Counted from the stretch's first letter, positions 38,220 to 51,570 are shown. The stretch: 64,000 nt of DNA from Mobula hypostoma (GCF_963921235.1 NC_086097.1:250606001-250670000); one strand, 5' to 3'. A program made the numbers and translations. Notes: a model not told the origin generated them from the sequence alone.

Positions 38220-39300
38220 AGGACATTTTGAAGGTATCCTCAGTACTGGGAGGCTAATGCCCATGACGGAACTGGCTCAGTTTACAACTTTCTGCGCTCT
38301 TTCCAATCCTGTGCTGTGGTCTCTCCATGCTAGACAGTGATGCTACCAGTTAGAAAGCTCTCCATAGTACATCAGTAGAAATTTGCGAGTGTCTTTGGTG
38401 ACATACCAATTCTCCTCAAACTCTTAATGAGATGTAGCCACTGTCATGTCTTCTTTGTAATTGCATCAATATGTTGGGTTCAGGATAGATCCTCAGAGTT
38501 GCTGACACCCGGGAACTTGAAACCACTCGCCCGTTCCTGTGACGTGTGTGTTCTCTTGATTTCCCCTTCCTGACGTCCACAATCAATTCTTTGGTCTTAC
38601 TGATGTTGAGTGCAAGGTTGTTACTGCTACACCAGTCAACCAGCTGACCTACCTCATTCCTGTACGCCAGCTCATCATTTAAAATTCTGCTGACAATAGC
38701 TGTGTCACCAGCAAATTTGTAGAAGGTATTTGAGCTGTGCCCAGCTACTCATGGATGCAGAGTGAGTAGGGCAGTGGGCTAAGCACACATCCCTGAGCTG
38801 CACCAGTGTTGGCTGTGAGTGAGAAGGAGACAGTATTTCCGATACACACAAACTGTGGTCTCGCAGTGAGGAAGGCCAGCTGCAGGGGGAGGTACAGAGA
38901 CCCAGGTTTTGGAGCTTGTTGATTTGAACTGAGGGAATGATTGTGCTGAACACTGAGCTGTAATCAATAAACAGCAGCCTGACATAGATATTACCATGGT
39001 CCGAGTGATCCCGGGCTGAGGGGAGAGCCAGTGAGATTGCATCCACTGTAGACCTATTGTGGCCATAGGCAAATTGCTGCAGGTCGAGCTCCTTGCTCAG
39101 GCAGGAGTTGATTCTGGCCATGACCGCCTTCTCAGAACACTTCATCCCAGTAGAAGTGAGTGCCACTGGGTGATAGACATTGAGGCAAACTCACTCTGAT
39201 CTTCTTGGGCACTGGAACGATTGTGGCCCTTTAGAAGCAGGTGGCAATGGCCGACTGCAACAATGAGGGATTGAAGATGTCCTTGAACACTCCTGCCAGT
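38220..39300 (-). mobile_element. Decayed Rex1/Babar-like RT fragment
   Basis: ALTS..MKC.E, QFAY..NRSTVDAI, YVRLLFIDYSSVFSTIIP. Confidence 0.82.
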
Positions 39301-39764
39301 TATGGTCACCTACAGTACCTACAGGTAAGATTGAAAGTGTGCTGAGAAAATTGAGGAGCTGAGTTACAAGGAGAGGTTGAATAGGTTCAGACTTTATTCC
39401 CTGGAGTTTATGAGAATGAGGGGAGATTTGATAGAGGTTTACAAAATTATGAAGGGTATAGATAAGTGCAAGCAGAGTCTTTCCACTGAGGTCAGGTAGG
39501 ACTAAAACTAGAGTTCATGGGTTAAAGGGGAAAGGTGAAAAGTTTATGGGGATACCTTCACTCAGAGGGTGGTGAGAGTGTGGAACAAGCTGTTGGTGGA
39601 TATGGGTTCAATTTCAACATTTAAGAGAAGTTCGTACAAGTACATGGTCCCAGTGCAGGTCGATGGCACTAGACAGATTAATAGTTCATCAGGGACTAGA
39701 TGGGCCAAAGAGCCTGTTCTTTGCTGTAGTACTGTATGATTATATGACTCTATGACTTGAGTCA

Positions 39765-41650
39765 AATCTCCTAAGGGATTGTCTATTGATGTGTCCTCAG
39801 GTGGCTGTAGAGGTCAGTCTGGGATCTACATATTCTGGTGCTGTGTGGTTATGGTTAATGGTTGGGGCTTTTGGTTGTTTATTTCCGCTAGTGTTGAAAT
39901 TGCGGGGGTCCTGGCAGAAATACTTAAAATGTCGCTGTCTACAGGTGAGGTGCCGGAGGATTGGAGAGAGGCTCATGTTGTTCCGTTGTTTAAAAAAGGA
40001 TTGAAAAGTAATCCGGGAAATTATAGGCCGGTGAGTTTAACGTCGGTAGTAGGTAAGTTATTGGAGGGAGTACTAAGAGACAGAATCTACAAGCATTTGT
40101 ATAGACAGGGACTTATTAGGGAGAGTCAACATGGCTTTGTGTCTGGTAGGTCATGTTTGACCAATCTATTGGAGTTTTTCGAGGAGGTTACCAGGAAAGT
40201 GGATGAAGGGAAGGCAGTGGATATTGTCTACATGGATTTCAGTAAGGCCTTTGACAAGGTCCCGCATGGGAGGTTAGTTAGAAAAATTCAGTCGCTAGGT
40301 ATACATGGAGAGGTGGTAAATTGGATTAGACATTGGCTCAATGGAAGAAGCTAAAGAGTGGTGGTAGAGAATTGCTTCTCTGAGTGGAGGCCTGTGACTA
40401 GTGGTGTGCCACAGGGATCAGTGCTGGGTCCATTGTTATTTGTCATCTATATCAATGATCTGGATGATAATGTGGTAAATTGGATCAGCAAATTTGCTGA
40501 TGATACAAAGATTGGCGGTGTAGTAGACAGTGTGGAAGGTTTTCAGAGCCTGCAGAGGGACTTGGACCAGCTGGAAAAATGGGCTGAAAAATGGCAGATG
40601 GAGTTTAATACAGGCAAGTGTGAGGTATTGCACGTTGGAAGGACAAACCAAGGTAGAACATACAGGGTTAATGGTAAGGCACTGAGGAGTGCAGTAGAAC
40701 AGAGGGATCTGGGAATACAGATACAAAATTCCCTAAAAGTGGCGTCACAAGTAGATAGGGTCGTAAAGAGAGCTTTTGGTACATTGGCCTTTATTAATCA
40801 AAGTATTGAGTATAAGAGCTGGAATGTTATGATGAGGTTGTATAAGGCATTGGTGAGGCCGAATCTGGAGTATTGTGTTCAGTTTTGGTCACCAAATTAC
40901 AGGAAGGATATAAATAAGGTTGAAAGTGTGCAGAGAAGGTTTACAAGGATGTTGCCGGGACTTGAGAAACTCAGTTACAGAGAAAGGTTGAATAGGTTGG
41001 GACTTTATTCCCTGGAGCGTAGAAGAATGAAGGGAGATTTGATAGAGGTATATAAAATTATGATGGGTATAGATAGAGTGAATGCAAGCAGGCTTTTTCC
41101 ACTGAGGCAAGGGGAGAAAAAAACCAGAGGACATGGGTTAAGGGTGAAGGGGGAAAAGTTTAAAGGGAACATTAGGGGGGGCTTCTTCACACAGAGAGTG
41201 GTGGGAGTATGGAATGAGCTGCCAGACGAGGTGGTAAATGCAGGTTCTTTTTTAACATTTAAGAATAAATTGTACAGATACATGGATGGGAGGTGTATGG
41301 GGGGATGTGGTCCGTGTGCAGGTCGGTGGGACTAGGCAGAAAATGGTTCGGCACAGCCAAGAAGGGCCAAAGGGCCTGTTTCTGTGCTGTAGTTTCTATG
41401 GTTTCTATGGTTTTGCAGCTGCCCTGTGGCATAGAGGAGGTTGTCCTAATGTAGCGCATCTCCCTCTTGAACAGATTTCCTCCAGGTGTATCTATTGAGT
41501 GTAATGTCTTCCCAGTTTTTAGATGTCTTGTTGAATTTATTCAGGCTGATTTTGATGTTATCGTTGAAACTTCTCCTTTGCATGTAATCCTTCACTCTCT
41601 GTAAGCCATTTCTGAACTGAGGCCACATTGCTAATTCAAAAGTAAAATAC
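39765..41650 (-). mobile_element. Old RTE-like 3' fragment split by a CR1 (pieces ~39765-39887 and 41413-~41650)
   Basis: FNDNIKISLNKF...NWE....NR.TWRKSVQEG on one side and a degenerate zinc-finger tail on the other. Confidence 0.55.
39888..41412 (+). mobile_element. 5'-truncated CR1, nearly identical to 31985-33510
   Basis: Direct sequence comparison; single stop at 40352-40354. Confidence 0.95.
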
Positions 41651-41979
41651 TGTAGAGTCTGCAAACAATGCCCAACACATGATGGGCACCTGCTTCCCCA
41701 CCGGGTAGTATCAACACGAGGTGCTGCCTCGAGAAGGCAACACCTATCATCAAAAATCTCCACATCCAAGCCATGACGTCTTCTCGCAGCTCCCATCGAG
41801 AGGGGGGTACAGAAAACTGAGGTCCCACACCACTAGTTTGAAGAACAGCCACTTCCCTTCAACCAGCTGGTTCCCTTACTGCCACAATTCAGCAACACCA
41901 TGGTCACTTTTCACTACAAATAGACTTTTTTGTTCTAATTGTATTTCTTTTCCTTGTAAAAATATGTTTCACTTATTTA

Positions 41980-42530
41980 CAGTACTGTACCGTGCAAAAC
42001 TCTTAGGCAAATATATATCGCTGGGGTGCTTAAAACTTTTGCGCAGTATTGTATCTATCTGTCAACGTGGAGCGGAGAGCGAGTTTGTACATTGGGTGGG
42101 AGTGAAGGATATTGGGAATGGTGAGGGTGGAGCGCTGTGGGCAGGTGGCAAAGGAGTGCCAAGGGCAGGGGGAGGAAGTGCGGGTACAGACACACCCAGC
42201 TCTGAGATGCCAGGTCAGGTCATTTGATTCCAGACAACTGGCTTATTGATCATTACAGAATGAGGCTTCTGTCTGGGGCTTCCCGCTCCCTCCCCTCTCC
42301 CTTCCCCTTTTCCCAACCATGATTCCCCTCTCCCTGCCCCCTTCCCACTGTCAGTCCACAATAGAGACCCAGATCAGAATCAGGTTTATCATCACTCACA
42401 TATATCATGACATTTGTTTTGTTTTTGCGGCAGGAATACAGTGCAATACATAAAATTACTACAGTACTGTCCAAAAGCCTTTGGCTCTCTGGCTATATAT
42501 TTGTGCCGAAGACTTTTGCAGAGTACTGCA
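41980..42530. mobile_element. Two ~70-bp palindromic Tc1-type MITEs (~41980-42053 and ~42460-42530) around an unclassified repeat
   Basis: ta-cagtactgt..aaaa.tcttaggc ... g.c.taagacttttgc.cagtactg pattern twice. Confidence 0.6.
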
Positions 42531-42599
42531 TGTTTCGGATTTGAATGTTGCATATCTGTACAAATCAGATACAAATTTACGTATCTTGGGAGGAGGCCC

Positions 42600-42890
42600 C
42601 CACAGCCGCCAGCGCATCGATCTTACAGCTCAGGGTGCCAGAATTCAGAGTTCAATTCCAGCACCTTCTGTAAGGAGCTTGTACGTTCTCCTCGTGACCG
42701 TGCGGGTTTCCTCCGTGCGCTCCTGTTTCCTCCCTCATTCCGAACACCTACTGGGTAGTCGTTTGCGGGTTGATTGGTCATCGTAAATTGTCCTGTGACG
42801 AGGGTGGTTTTCAGTAGGTTGGTTGCCGAGCGGTGTGATTCAGAGGGCTGGAAGGGCTAATCTGCCCTGTATCTCTAAATAAATTAATTA
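42600..42890 (+). mobile_element. V-domain/HE1-like SINE
   Basis: gagttcaattcc B-box, ctgtaaggagcttgtacgttctcc core, (taaa)n tail. Confidence 0.7.
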
Positions 42891-44855
42891 ATTACCAAGT
42901 AATGTGTTACAGTGCTGGTGACCCGGGTTCAGTCCCCTCGGCTGTCTATAAGGAGTTTGCATATTCTCACAGTGACCACGTAGCTTTCCTCTGGATGGTC
43001 CAAGCCTCAACAACAACTATGTAACCTAATTATACGTGCTATACGTGCCTTGCGCTGTGTATGACTGTTGGTACCGTGTTTTTCACCTGGGCCCCTGAGT
43101 AGCAGTGCTGTTTTGGTTGTCTATAATCATGGGTACAGTATTTATGTACAGTTAACACCCATAAGGGTGTCAAATGCATGTCGTGATGCGTCTAGTATGG
43201 TAGTGTAGCGGGTAGTGCTTGTCGCTTTCAGTTTCGGCTTCCATCGCTGGCTCCCAGTCTTGTGAAAAGGAGATTTGAATGTGTCAGTCTCTCCCTGTCA
43301 GTACACAGCCTTTCCAACAGCAAGCCGCGTGTACTGCCTCCTCGCTGGCGACACACGGAAACTGAACTCCTTTCGGACCCAGGCTGAACTACAGAGGAGG
43401 AGGTCTGGCCCTGCACACGTAGCACGCAGGCCCACTGGTGTGTGGACTCACCCTGGTGTGTGTGAACCAGATCTCCAGCTGTGGGTAAGTAGCCCCACTG
43501 CCTTGTGGGCAGCCTCCGGAGAGACGAAGGCTACAGGAGTAAACCCAGACCGCAAAACCAGAGCCCCTCAGGCGGCTGGGCGTCACTGAAGATCCGTCTG
43601 GCAGCTCCTGCAGCCAAGCTGGTGCCAAACGTATTGCTTCATAAGCTTTCCTTTGGACTACACTGGTGAGGCCGAGAGGGGTACCTTCACAACTGGGCAT
43701 CTCAGGATCTCCGTACTTTCTGCCCAGGCTTGTCATGATGACCATCATCACCTTTGGTCCTTCGAGACAGATGGATGCCACCATGATTGAATGACAGGTT
43801 TAAGTTCAGTTTATTGTCATTTACTGCCAAAGTAAACAACATTTCTCCGGACCAAGGTGCACAACACGCCACATCTAACTCACACACAACACACAAGATA
43901 ATACCACCAGTAGCAAGTTAACAAGCGATGAGGTGCATTTACGACACAAGTTAAACAGTAATCAGTATTACGCAGCTAGTACTTTATACGTGATGAGACC
44001 TGGGTGGTGACAGGGAGTTCAGTAGTTTTATGGCCTGGGGAATACGGTTCTTGTTCTAAGGCTATGGTACCTCCTGCCTGATGCTACGAGGTCAAAGAGA
44101 ATGCTGGGTGGATTGGAGGGTTCCTTAACAATGTTAAGGGCCCTGCATACGCAGCACTCCACAAGGCCATAAGATATAGGAGTAGAAATATGCCATATGG
44201 CCCATCCAGTCTGCTCCACCATTTAATCATGGCTGATCCTTTCTACCCCTCCTCAGCTCTACTTCCCCGCCTTCTCCCCATAACCTTTGATGCCATGTAC
44301 TATCAAGAACCGATCAAGCTCTGCCTTAAGTACACTCAACGACCTGGACTCCACAGCTGCCTGTGGTAACAAATTCTACAAATTCACCACCCTCTGGCTA
44401 GAGAAATTTCTCCACTTCTCTGTTTTAAATGAATGCCCCTCTATCCTGAGGCTGTGCCCTCTAGTCCTAGACTCCCCCACCATAGGAAACATCCCTTCCA
44501 CATCTACTCTATCTAGGCCTTCCAACATTCGAAAGGTTTCAATGAGATCCCCCCTCATCCTTCTAAATTCCAGCAAGTACAGACCCAGAGCTATCAAACA
44601 TTCTTGAGGTCAGATGTCTTATAATTAAATTGAACTTAAAAAAAAAGCATGTGCAAGTAATGCAGAGGTCATACCGCAACCAATTCAGCACCCGTTTTAT
44701 AGCTGATGTACTATGCAGCCAGCTTAAAAGACGTAGTCTCTCTATTCACAGAAGACATTATCACAAGGAATGAGAGAAAGCAACAAGGACATTGACGTCA
44801 AATTGTGCATGAATAATTATTTCGAATTTTTGAGAAGATCCCTGTGAACCTTTAC

Positions 44856-44975
44856 CTGTGATGAAATCTTTTCCTTTCTGAGGTGGGACGCCATTATCAG
44901 AAACTGTCACAGGAATCTTATACTCAGTTTCTTCCTCATGCTTGCCAAATTTCATGCTGACAGAGGCATGGGTAC
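44856..44975 (-). CDS. cdh17: Cadherin-17 exon (EC7): GTHASVSMKFGKHEEETEYKIPVTVSDNGVPPQKGKDFIT
   Basis: Acceptor ttctttgcag|GT and donor ACAG|gtaaag; 120 bp, phase 1 to 1. Junction gives INGTHA as in CDH17; DxGxPP motif. Confidence 0.95.
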
Positions 44976-45624
44976 CTGCAAAGAAAAAGGCTGTTGTGAG
45001 TTTTCTCAGTAAAGGAAGTCAAAAGAAAGTGAAAGGATTAACGTATGAGGAACTTTGGGTCTATAGTCACTGGAGTTTAGAAGAATAAAGGGGGGATCTC
45101 ATTGAAACATATCAAATATTGAACGGCCTCGATAGAGTGGATGTGGAGAGGATGTTTCCCATGTTGGGGAAGTCTAGGACAAGAGGACACAGCCCTAGAA
45201 TAGAGAGGTGTCCAGTCAGAACAATGATGAGGAGGAATTTCTTTAGCCAGGGGGCAATGAATCTGTGGAATTCATTGTCACAGACAGCTATGAAGGCCAA
45301 ATTATTAAATATAGTTAAAGCAGTGGTTAATAGGTTGTCAATTAGTCTGAGCATCAAAGGTTATGGGGAGGAGGCAGGAGAATGGGTTTGAGAAGGATAA
45401 TTAATCAGCCCTGATGGAATGGTGGAGCAGACTCAATGAGCTGTAAAGCAAACTTTGCTCCTATGTCTTATGATCTTAAAATGGATTCCCGCCCCCATGC
45501 TAATTAATCCCATATGATTGAAGATCTGAGTTAGATTATTTTGAAGTGGTGATTTGCACTTCTGATTTCAGATGTTAACTGAGAAAAAAAATTGAATTAA
45601 AGTTCAATTAAATCTAATTTGGGC

Positions 45625-45885
45625 TGGCAAGGTTGCGTAATGGTGAATGTAAAGCTACTACTGTGTCAGCAGCCTGGGTTTACTTCCTGCCACTCTCTGT
45701 GAGGAGTTTTTATGTTCTCCCTGTGGGTTCATGGGCTTCCTCCGGGTGCTCCGGTTTCATCCCACAGTACAAAGACGTACAGATGGGTTAGTTGGTCAAC
45801 TGGTCACATGGGCGTAACTGGATGACGTGGGCTCGTCAGGCCAGAAGGGCCTGCGTCCATACTGTACCTTGAAAATAAAAATAAA
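45625..45885 (+). mobile_element. V-domain/HE1-like SINE
   Basis: Core ttcctccgggtgctccggtttcatcccacagtacaaagacgtac, A-rich tail. Confidence 0.7.
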
Positions 45886-45914
45886 GAAAGAAACGGGTTT
45901 GGATAAAATTTTTA

Positions 45915-46790
45915 AAAAATTCTGTAGGTGCTGGAAATCTAAAGCAGCACACTCCAAATGCTGGAGGAATTCAGCAGGTCAGGCAGCATCTGTGGAGATG
46001 AGTACAGTCGATGAGACCCTTCATCAGGACAGGAAAGGAAGGGGGAAGAAGCTGGAATAAGAAGGTTGGGGGAGGGGAAGGAGGCCAGCTGGAAGGTGAT
46101 TGGTGAAGCCAGGTACCTGGGAAAGGACAAGGGCTGGAGAAGAAGGAATCTGATAGGAGAGGAGAGTGGACCATAGGAGAAAGGGAAGAGGAGTGGACCC
46201 AGGGGGAGGTGATAGGCAGGTGACAAGAAGTGAAAGGCCAGATTGGGGAATAGAGGAAGGGGGGATGGAATTTGTTCACTGAAAGGGGAAATCAATGTTC
46301 ATGCCATCAGGTTGGAAGGAACCCAGATGGAATATAAGGTGTTGCTCCTCCACCCTGAGGGTGGTCTCATCTTGGCACAAGAGGGCCATGGACTGACACG
46401 TCACAACAGTAGTGGGAATTAAAATGTTTGGCCACCGGGAAGTCCCACTTGTAGCGGATGTTGCAGTAACGCTTGGCGAATCAGTCCTCCAGTTTCTGGC
46501 AGGTCTCACCAACGTAGAGGAGGCCACATTGGGAGCACCGGATACAGCAGACGACCCCAGCAGATTTGTAGATGAAGTGTTGCCTCACCTGGAAGGACTG
46601 CTTGGGGCCCTGAGTGGAGGTGAGGCAGGAGATGTAGGGGCTAAATGTAGATTTAGCCATTTGCACAGTTAAGTGCCTAATGGGAGATAAGAGGGGAGGG
46701 ACAAACGGACAAGGGAATCGTGGAGGGAGCGATCCCTGTGGAAAGCAGAGAGGAGGTGGAAGGTAAAGAAAGGCAAGTGGTTGGAAGACT
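45915..46790 (-). mobile_element. Penelope-like element fragment with recognisable GIY-YIG endonuclease and pLTR
   Basis: QGPKQSFQVRQHF..KSAGVVCCIRCSQCGLLYVGET; RVEEQHLIFHLGSFQPDGMNIDF. Confidence 0.88.
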
Positions 46791-46969
46791 GTATTTAAAA
46801 TTGGGATATGTCAAGGATATTAGATGACATTTCAACCCTCAGTCCCAGCCAGAGGCTGAAGCAGCTTCCAGTTGAGATTCCTTCATGTCTGCTGCAAGTA
46901 CAAAATGTGATCCCCAGTGGCAAAGTGACAAAGAGTGTTTTGGGGTTACTAAAGCCTCGTCTGGAAATT

Positions 46970-47558
46970 CAACCAATCATGTGGCAGCAACTCAGTGCAT
47001 AAAAGCATGCAGACATGGTCGAGAAGTTCAGTTGCCGTGCAGAACAAACATCAGAATGTGGAAGAAATGTGATCTATGACTGTTGAATGATTGTTGGTGC
47101 TAGAGGGAGTGGTTTGAATATCTCAGAAATGGCTGATCTCCTGGGACTTTCATGTACAATTGTCTCTAGAACAGGGGTTCCCAATCTTTTTTATGCCTTG
47201 GAGCCTTACTTTTAACTGAGGAGTCACTGAACCGCAGGTTGGGAACCCCCCCTGCTCTAGAGTTTTGAGATGTTGGTGCAAAAAAAACAAAAAAAAACAT
47301 CCAGTGAACGGCAGTTCTGTGGGCAAAAACACCTTGTTAATGAGAGAGATCAGAGGAGAATGGCCAGACTGGTTCAAGCTGACAGGAAGGCAACGATAAC
47401 TAATGCGTTACAACAGTGGTGTGCAGAAGGGCATCTCTGAACGCACAACATGTCAAAACCTTGAAGCGGGTGGGCTACAGCAGCAGAAGACCATGAGCAT
47501 ACAGTCAGTGGTCACTTCATTAGATGTAGGAGGTACCTAATGAGGTGGCCATTGAGTA
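46970..47558 (+). mobile_element. Non-autonomous Tc1-like element (same family as 12205 and 20252)
   Basis: Transposase remnant and right TIR gtacctaatgaggtggccattgagt; lies ~110 bp from a cdh17 donor site. Confidence 0.82.
47172..47254. mobile_element. 83-bp hAT (Charlie-type) MITE inside the Tc1 element
   Basis: TIRs caggggttcccaa / ttgggaacccc..ctg; 8-bp TSD ctctagaa / ctctagag. Confidence 0.85.
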
Positions 47559-47671
47559 CACGTAGACAGAACAAATGCCTTCAAAATGCAGTTCAGATTC
47601 TAATATAGAACAGGGAAACTGTGACGGAGTTTGTTTGATTAACAAAAACCTCATCATTGGAATCCACCTAC

Positions 47672-47902
47672 CATTGATTGGTTTAACAGTCCACTGCTTG
47701 CCTTCCACTTCACCCAGAACAAATTCGAATGGAGGACCGAGCTCTACATCATCATCAACGGCGTGGATCGTCACTGTCTTTTCTTCGTCAGCTGGCAAGC
47801 AAATGAAAAACCAGGAGGAGTCTTTTGCTAATCTGGGAGAATTGTCGTTTACATCTTTTAAATGGATGAAGATATCCACGGTGGATTTTCTTAACCGATT
47901 GC
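47672..47902 (-). CDS. cdh17: Cadherin-17 exon (EC6/EC7 linker and start of EC7): GNRLRKSTVDIFIHLKDVNDNSPRLAKDSSWFFICLPADEEKTVTIHAVDDDVELGPPFEFVLGEVEGKQWTVKPIN
   Basis: Acceptor ttttcttatag|GC and donor AATG|gtaggt; 231 bp, phase 1 to 1. Calcium-binding motifs DVNDN and AxDxD; DVNDNxPRLAKD matches recalled CDH17. Confidence 0.96.
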
Positions 47903-48535
47903 CTATAAGAAAATGCAAGGCAAAAATTTGGTTAGCACTGAACTTAAGGACACTTTATTTGTGAAGTGATTTAAAGTTCGAATGCACATTTCTCTCTACT
48001 GGGAGAAATAAGTTCTGAAATCTCTAATAAGAAAAGTAGCTCATTCTTACATGTGCTAGAAGCCTTCAATAAAAATGCTGAGAGAAATAAACGTAGATGA
48101 ATTGATGGGTTGCCATCGCAAAGAAAGCAGGACAGCGCCTCTAGTTTCTTCGAAGTTTGTCCAGATTTGGCGTGTCATCTAAAACTTGGACAAACTTCTA
48201 TGGATGCACAGTAGAGAGCGTCCTGACTGGCTGGTATGGAAACACCAATGCCCAGGAACAGAAAAGGCTGCAAAACTTCATGGACACACCCAGTCCATCC
48301 TGGGTAAAGCCTTCCTCACTATTGAGCACAGCTACACAGAGTGCTGCCACAGGAAAGCAGAATCCATCATCAGATACCCCCATCACCCAGGTCATGCTCT
48401 CCCCTCACTGCTACCATCAGGAAGAAGGTACAGGAGCCTCAGAACCCACACCACCAGGTTCAAGGACAGTTATTACCCCTCAATAATCAGAGTCCTGAAC
48501 CAGAGAGGGTAACTTATCGGAGAGAGGATGCTGTT

Positions 48536-51044
48536 ATAGACAATAGGCAATAGGTGCAGGAGTAGGCCATTCTGCCCTCTGAGCCAGCACCACCATTCAC
48601 TGTGATCATGGCTGATCATCCACAATCAGTATCCAGTTCCTGCCTTATCCCAATAACCTTTGATTCCGCTATCTTTAAGAGCTCTATCCATCTCTTTCTT
48701 GAAAGCATCCAGAGACTTGGCCTGCACAGCCTTCTGGGGCAGAGCATTCCATATATCCACCACTCTGTGGGTGAAAAAGTTTTTCCTCAACTCCGTTCTA
48801 AATGGCCTACTCCTTATTCTTAAACTGTAGCCTCTGGTTCTGGACTCACCCATCAGTAGGAACATGCTTCCTGCCTCCAGCGTGTCCAATCCCTTAGTAA
48901 TCTTATATGTTTCAATAAGATCCCCTTTCAGCCTTCTAAATTCCAGAGTACACAAGCCCAGTCGCTCCAATCTTTCGACATATGACAATCCCGCCATCCT
49001 GGGAATTAATCTTGTGAACCTATGCTACACTCCCTCAATAGCAAGAATGTCCTTCCTCAAATTTGGAGACCAAAACTGCACACAGTACTCCAGGTGTGGT
49101 CTCATCAGGGCCCTGTACAGCTGCGGAAGGACCTCTTTGCTCTTATACTCAATTCCCCTTGTTATGAAGGCCAGCATGCCATTAGCCTTCTTCACTGCCT
49201 GCTGTACTTGAATGCTTGCTTTCAGTGACTGATGTACAAGAACACCTAGATCTCGTTGTACTTCCCCTTTTCCTAACTTGACTCCATTTAGATAATAATC
49301 TGCCTTCCTGTTCTTGCACCAAAGTGGATAACCTCACATTTATCCACATTAAACTGCATCTGCCATGCATCTGCCCACTCACCCAGCCTGTCCAAGTCAC
49401 CCTGCATTCTTATAACATCCTCCTCACATTTCACACTGCCACCCAGCTTTGTGTCATCGGCAAATCTGCTAATGTTACTTTTAATTCCCTCATCTAAATC
49501 ATTAATATATATTGTAAACAGCTGCGGTCCCAGCACTGAACCCTGCAGTACTGCACTGGTCACCGCCTGCCATTCCAAAAGGGACTCATTAATCGCTACT
49601 CTTTGTTTTCTGTCAGCCAGCCAATTTTCAATCCATGTTAGTACTCTGTCCCCAATACCATATGCCCTAATTTTGCTCACTAATCTCCTATGTGGGACTT
49701 TATCAAAGGCTTTCTGAAAGTCCAGGTACACTGCATCCATTGGCTCTCCCTTGTCCATTTTCATAGTTACATCCTCAAAAAATTCCAGAAGATTAGTCAA
49801 GCACAATTTCCCCTTCATAAATCCATGCTGACTCGGACCAGTCCTGTTACTACTATCCAGATGTGTCGTAATTTTATCTTTTATAATTGACTCCAGCATC
49901 TTTCCCACCACCGACGTCAGGCTAACCGGTCTATAATTCCCTGTTTTCTCTTTTCCTCCCTTCTTGAAGAGAGGGACAACATTAGCCACCCTCCAATCCA
50001 CAGGAACTGATCCTGAATCTATAGAACATTGGAAAATGATTACCAATGCCTCCACGATTTCTAAAGCCACCTCCTTAAGTACCCTGGGATGCAGACCTTC
50101 AGGCCCCGGGGACTTATCAGCCTTCAGACCCAACAGCCTATCCAACACCATTTCCTGCCTAATATAAATTTCCTTCAGTTCATCCATTACCCTAAGTCCT
50201 TTAGCCACTATTATATCTGGGAGATTGTTTGTGTCTTCCCTCGTGAAGACAGATCCAAAGTACCTGTTCAACTCGTCTGCCATTTCCTTGTTCCACATAA
50301 TAAATTCATCCGCTTCTGTCTTCAAGGGCCCAATTTTGGTCTTAACTATTTTTTTCCTTTTCACATACCTAAAGAAGCTTTTACTGTCCTCCTTTATATT
50401 CTTGGCTAGTTTACCTTCGTACCTCATTTTTTCTCCGCGTATTGCCTTTTTAGTCACTTTCTGTTGCTCTTTAAAAGTTTCCCAATCCTCCGGCTTCCCA
50501 CTCGTCTTTGCTATGTTATACTTCTTCTCTTTTATTTTTATACTGTCGATTACTTCCCTTGTCAGCCACGGCCTCCCCTTACTCCCCTTAGGATCTTTCT
50601 TCCTCCTTGGAATGAACTGATCCTGCACCTTCCGCATTATTCCCAGAAACACTTGCCATTGTTGTTCCACTGTCGTCCCTGCTAGGGTATTGTTCCATTG
50701 AACTTTGGCCAGCTCCTCCCTCATAGCACCATAGTTCCCTTTGTTCAACTGTAATACTGACACTTCCGAATTTCCCTTCTCACTCTCAAATTGTAGAGTA
50801 AAACTTAACATATTATGGTCACTACCTCCTAATGGCTCCTTTACTTCGAGGTCCCTGATCAAATCCGGTTCATTGCACAACACTAAATCTAGAATTGCGT
50901 TCTCTCTGGTAGGCTCCAGTACAAGCTGTTCTAAGAATCCATCTCGGAGGGACTCCACAAACTCCCTTTCTTGGGGTCCAGTACCAACCTGATTCCTCCA
51001 GTCTACCTGCATGTTGAAATCCCCCATAACAACCGTAGCATTAC
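48536..51044 (-). mobile_element. CR1 LINE, 5'-truncated within the endonuclease; 579-aa open stretch
   Basis: [21 protein letters not shown]; (ctattg)n tail; ctgtt at both junctions (48531-48535, 51045-51049). Confidence 0.93.
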
Positions 51045-51570
51045 CTGTTCTTGGACTACAGTTCAGTATTCAACACCATAATGCCCCCCAGGCTCGACAA
51101 GAAGCTCAGAGACCTCGGCCTTCACCCTGCCTTGTGCAGCTGGATCCTGTTCTTTGTCAGATCACCAGCAGGTGGTAAGAGTGGGCTCCCTCACCCCTGC
51201 CCCTCTGACCCTCAACACAGATGCACCTCAAGGCTGTGTCCTAAGCCCCCTCCTTTATTCTCTGTATACCCTTGACTGTGTTGCCACCCACAGCTCCAAT
51301 CTGCTAATTAAATTTGCTGATGACACTACACTGATTGGCCTAATCTCAAATAATAATGAGGCAGCCTACAGAGAAGAAGTCATCATTCTGATAGAGCGGT
51401 ATCAAAAAAAAATCTCTCTCAATGTCGCAAAAACAAAGGAGCTGGTTGTGGATTACAGGAGGAATGGAGACAGGCTAAACCCTATTGACATCAGTGGATC
51501 TGGGGTTGAGAGGGTGAGCAGCTTTAAGTTCCTCAGTACAAACATCACTGAGGATCACACGTGGTCTGTA
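51045..51570 (+). mobile_element. Rex1/Babar RT fragment
   Basis: LFLDYSSVFNT, APQGCVLSP, KFADDTT; ends abruptly at TWSVH. Confidence 0.88.

Noticed and set aside
49288..51027. Active or domesticated reverse transcriptase gene, or a bacterial retron/DGR-type system
   Set aside because: Ordinary 5'-truncated CR1 ORF2 with a downstream frameshift and CR1 tail; no accessory genes.
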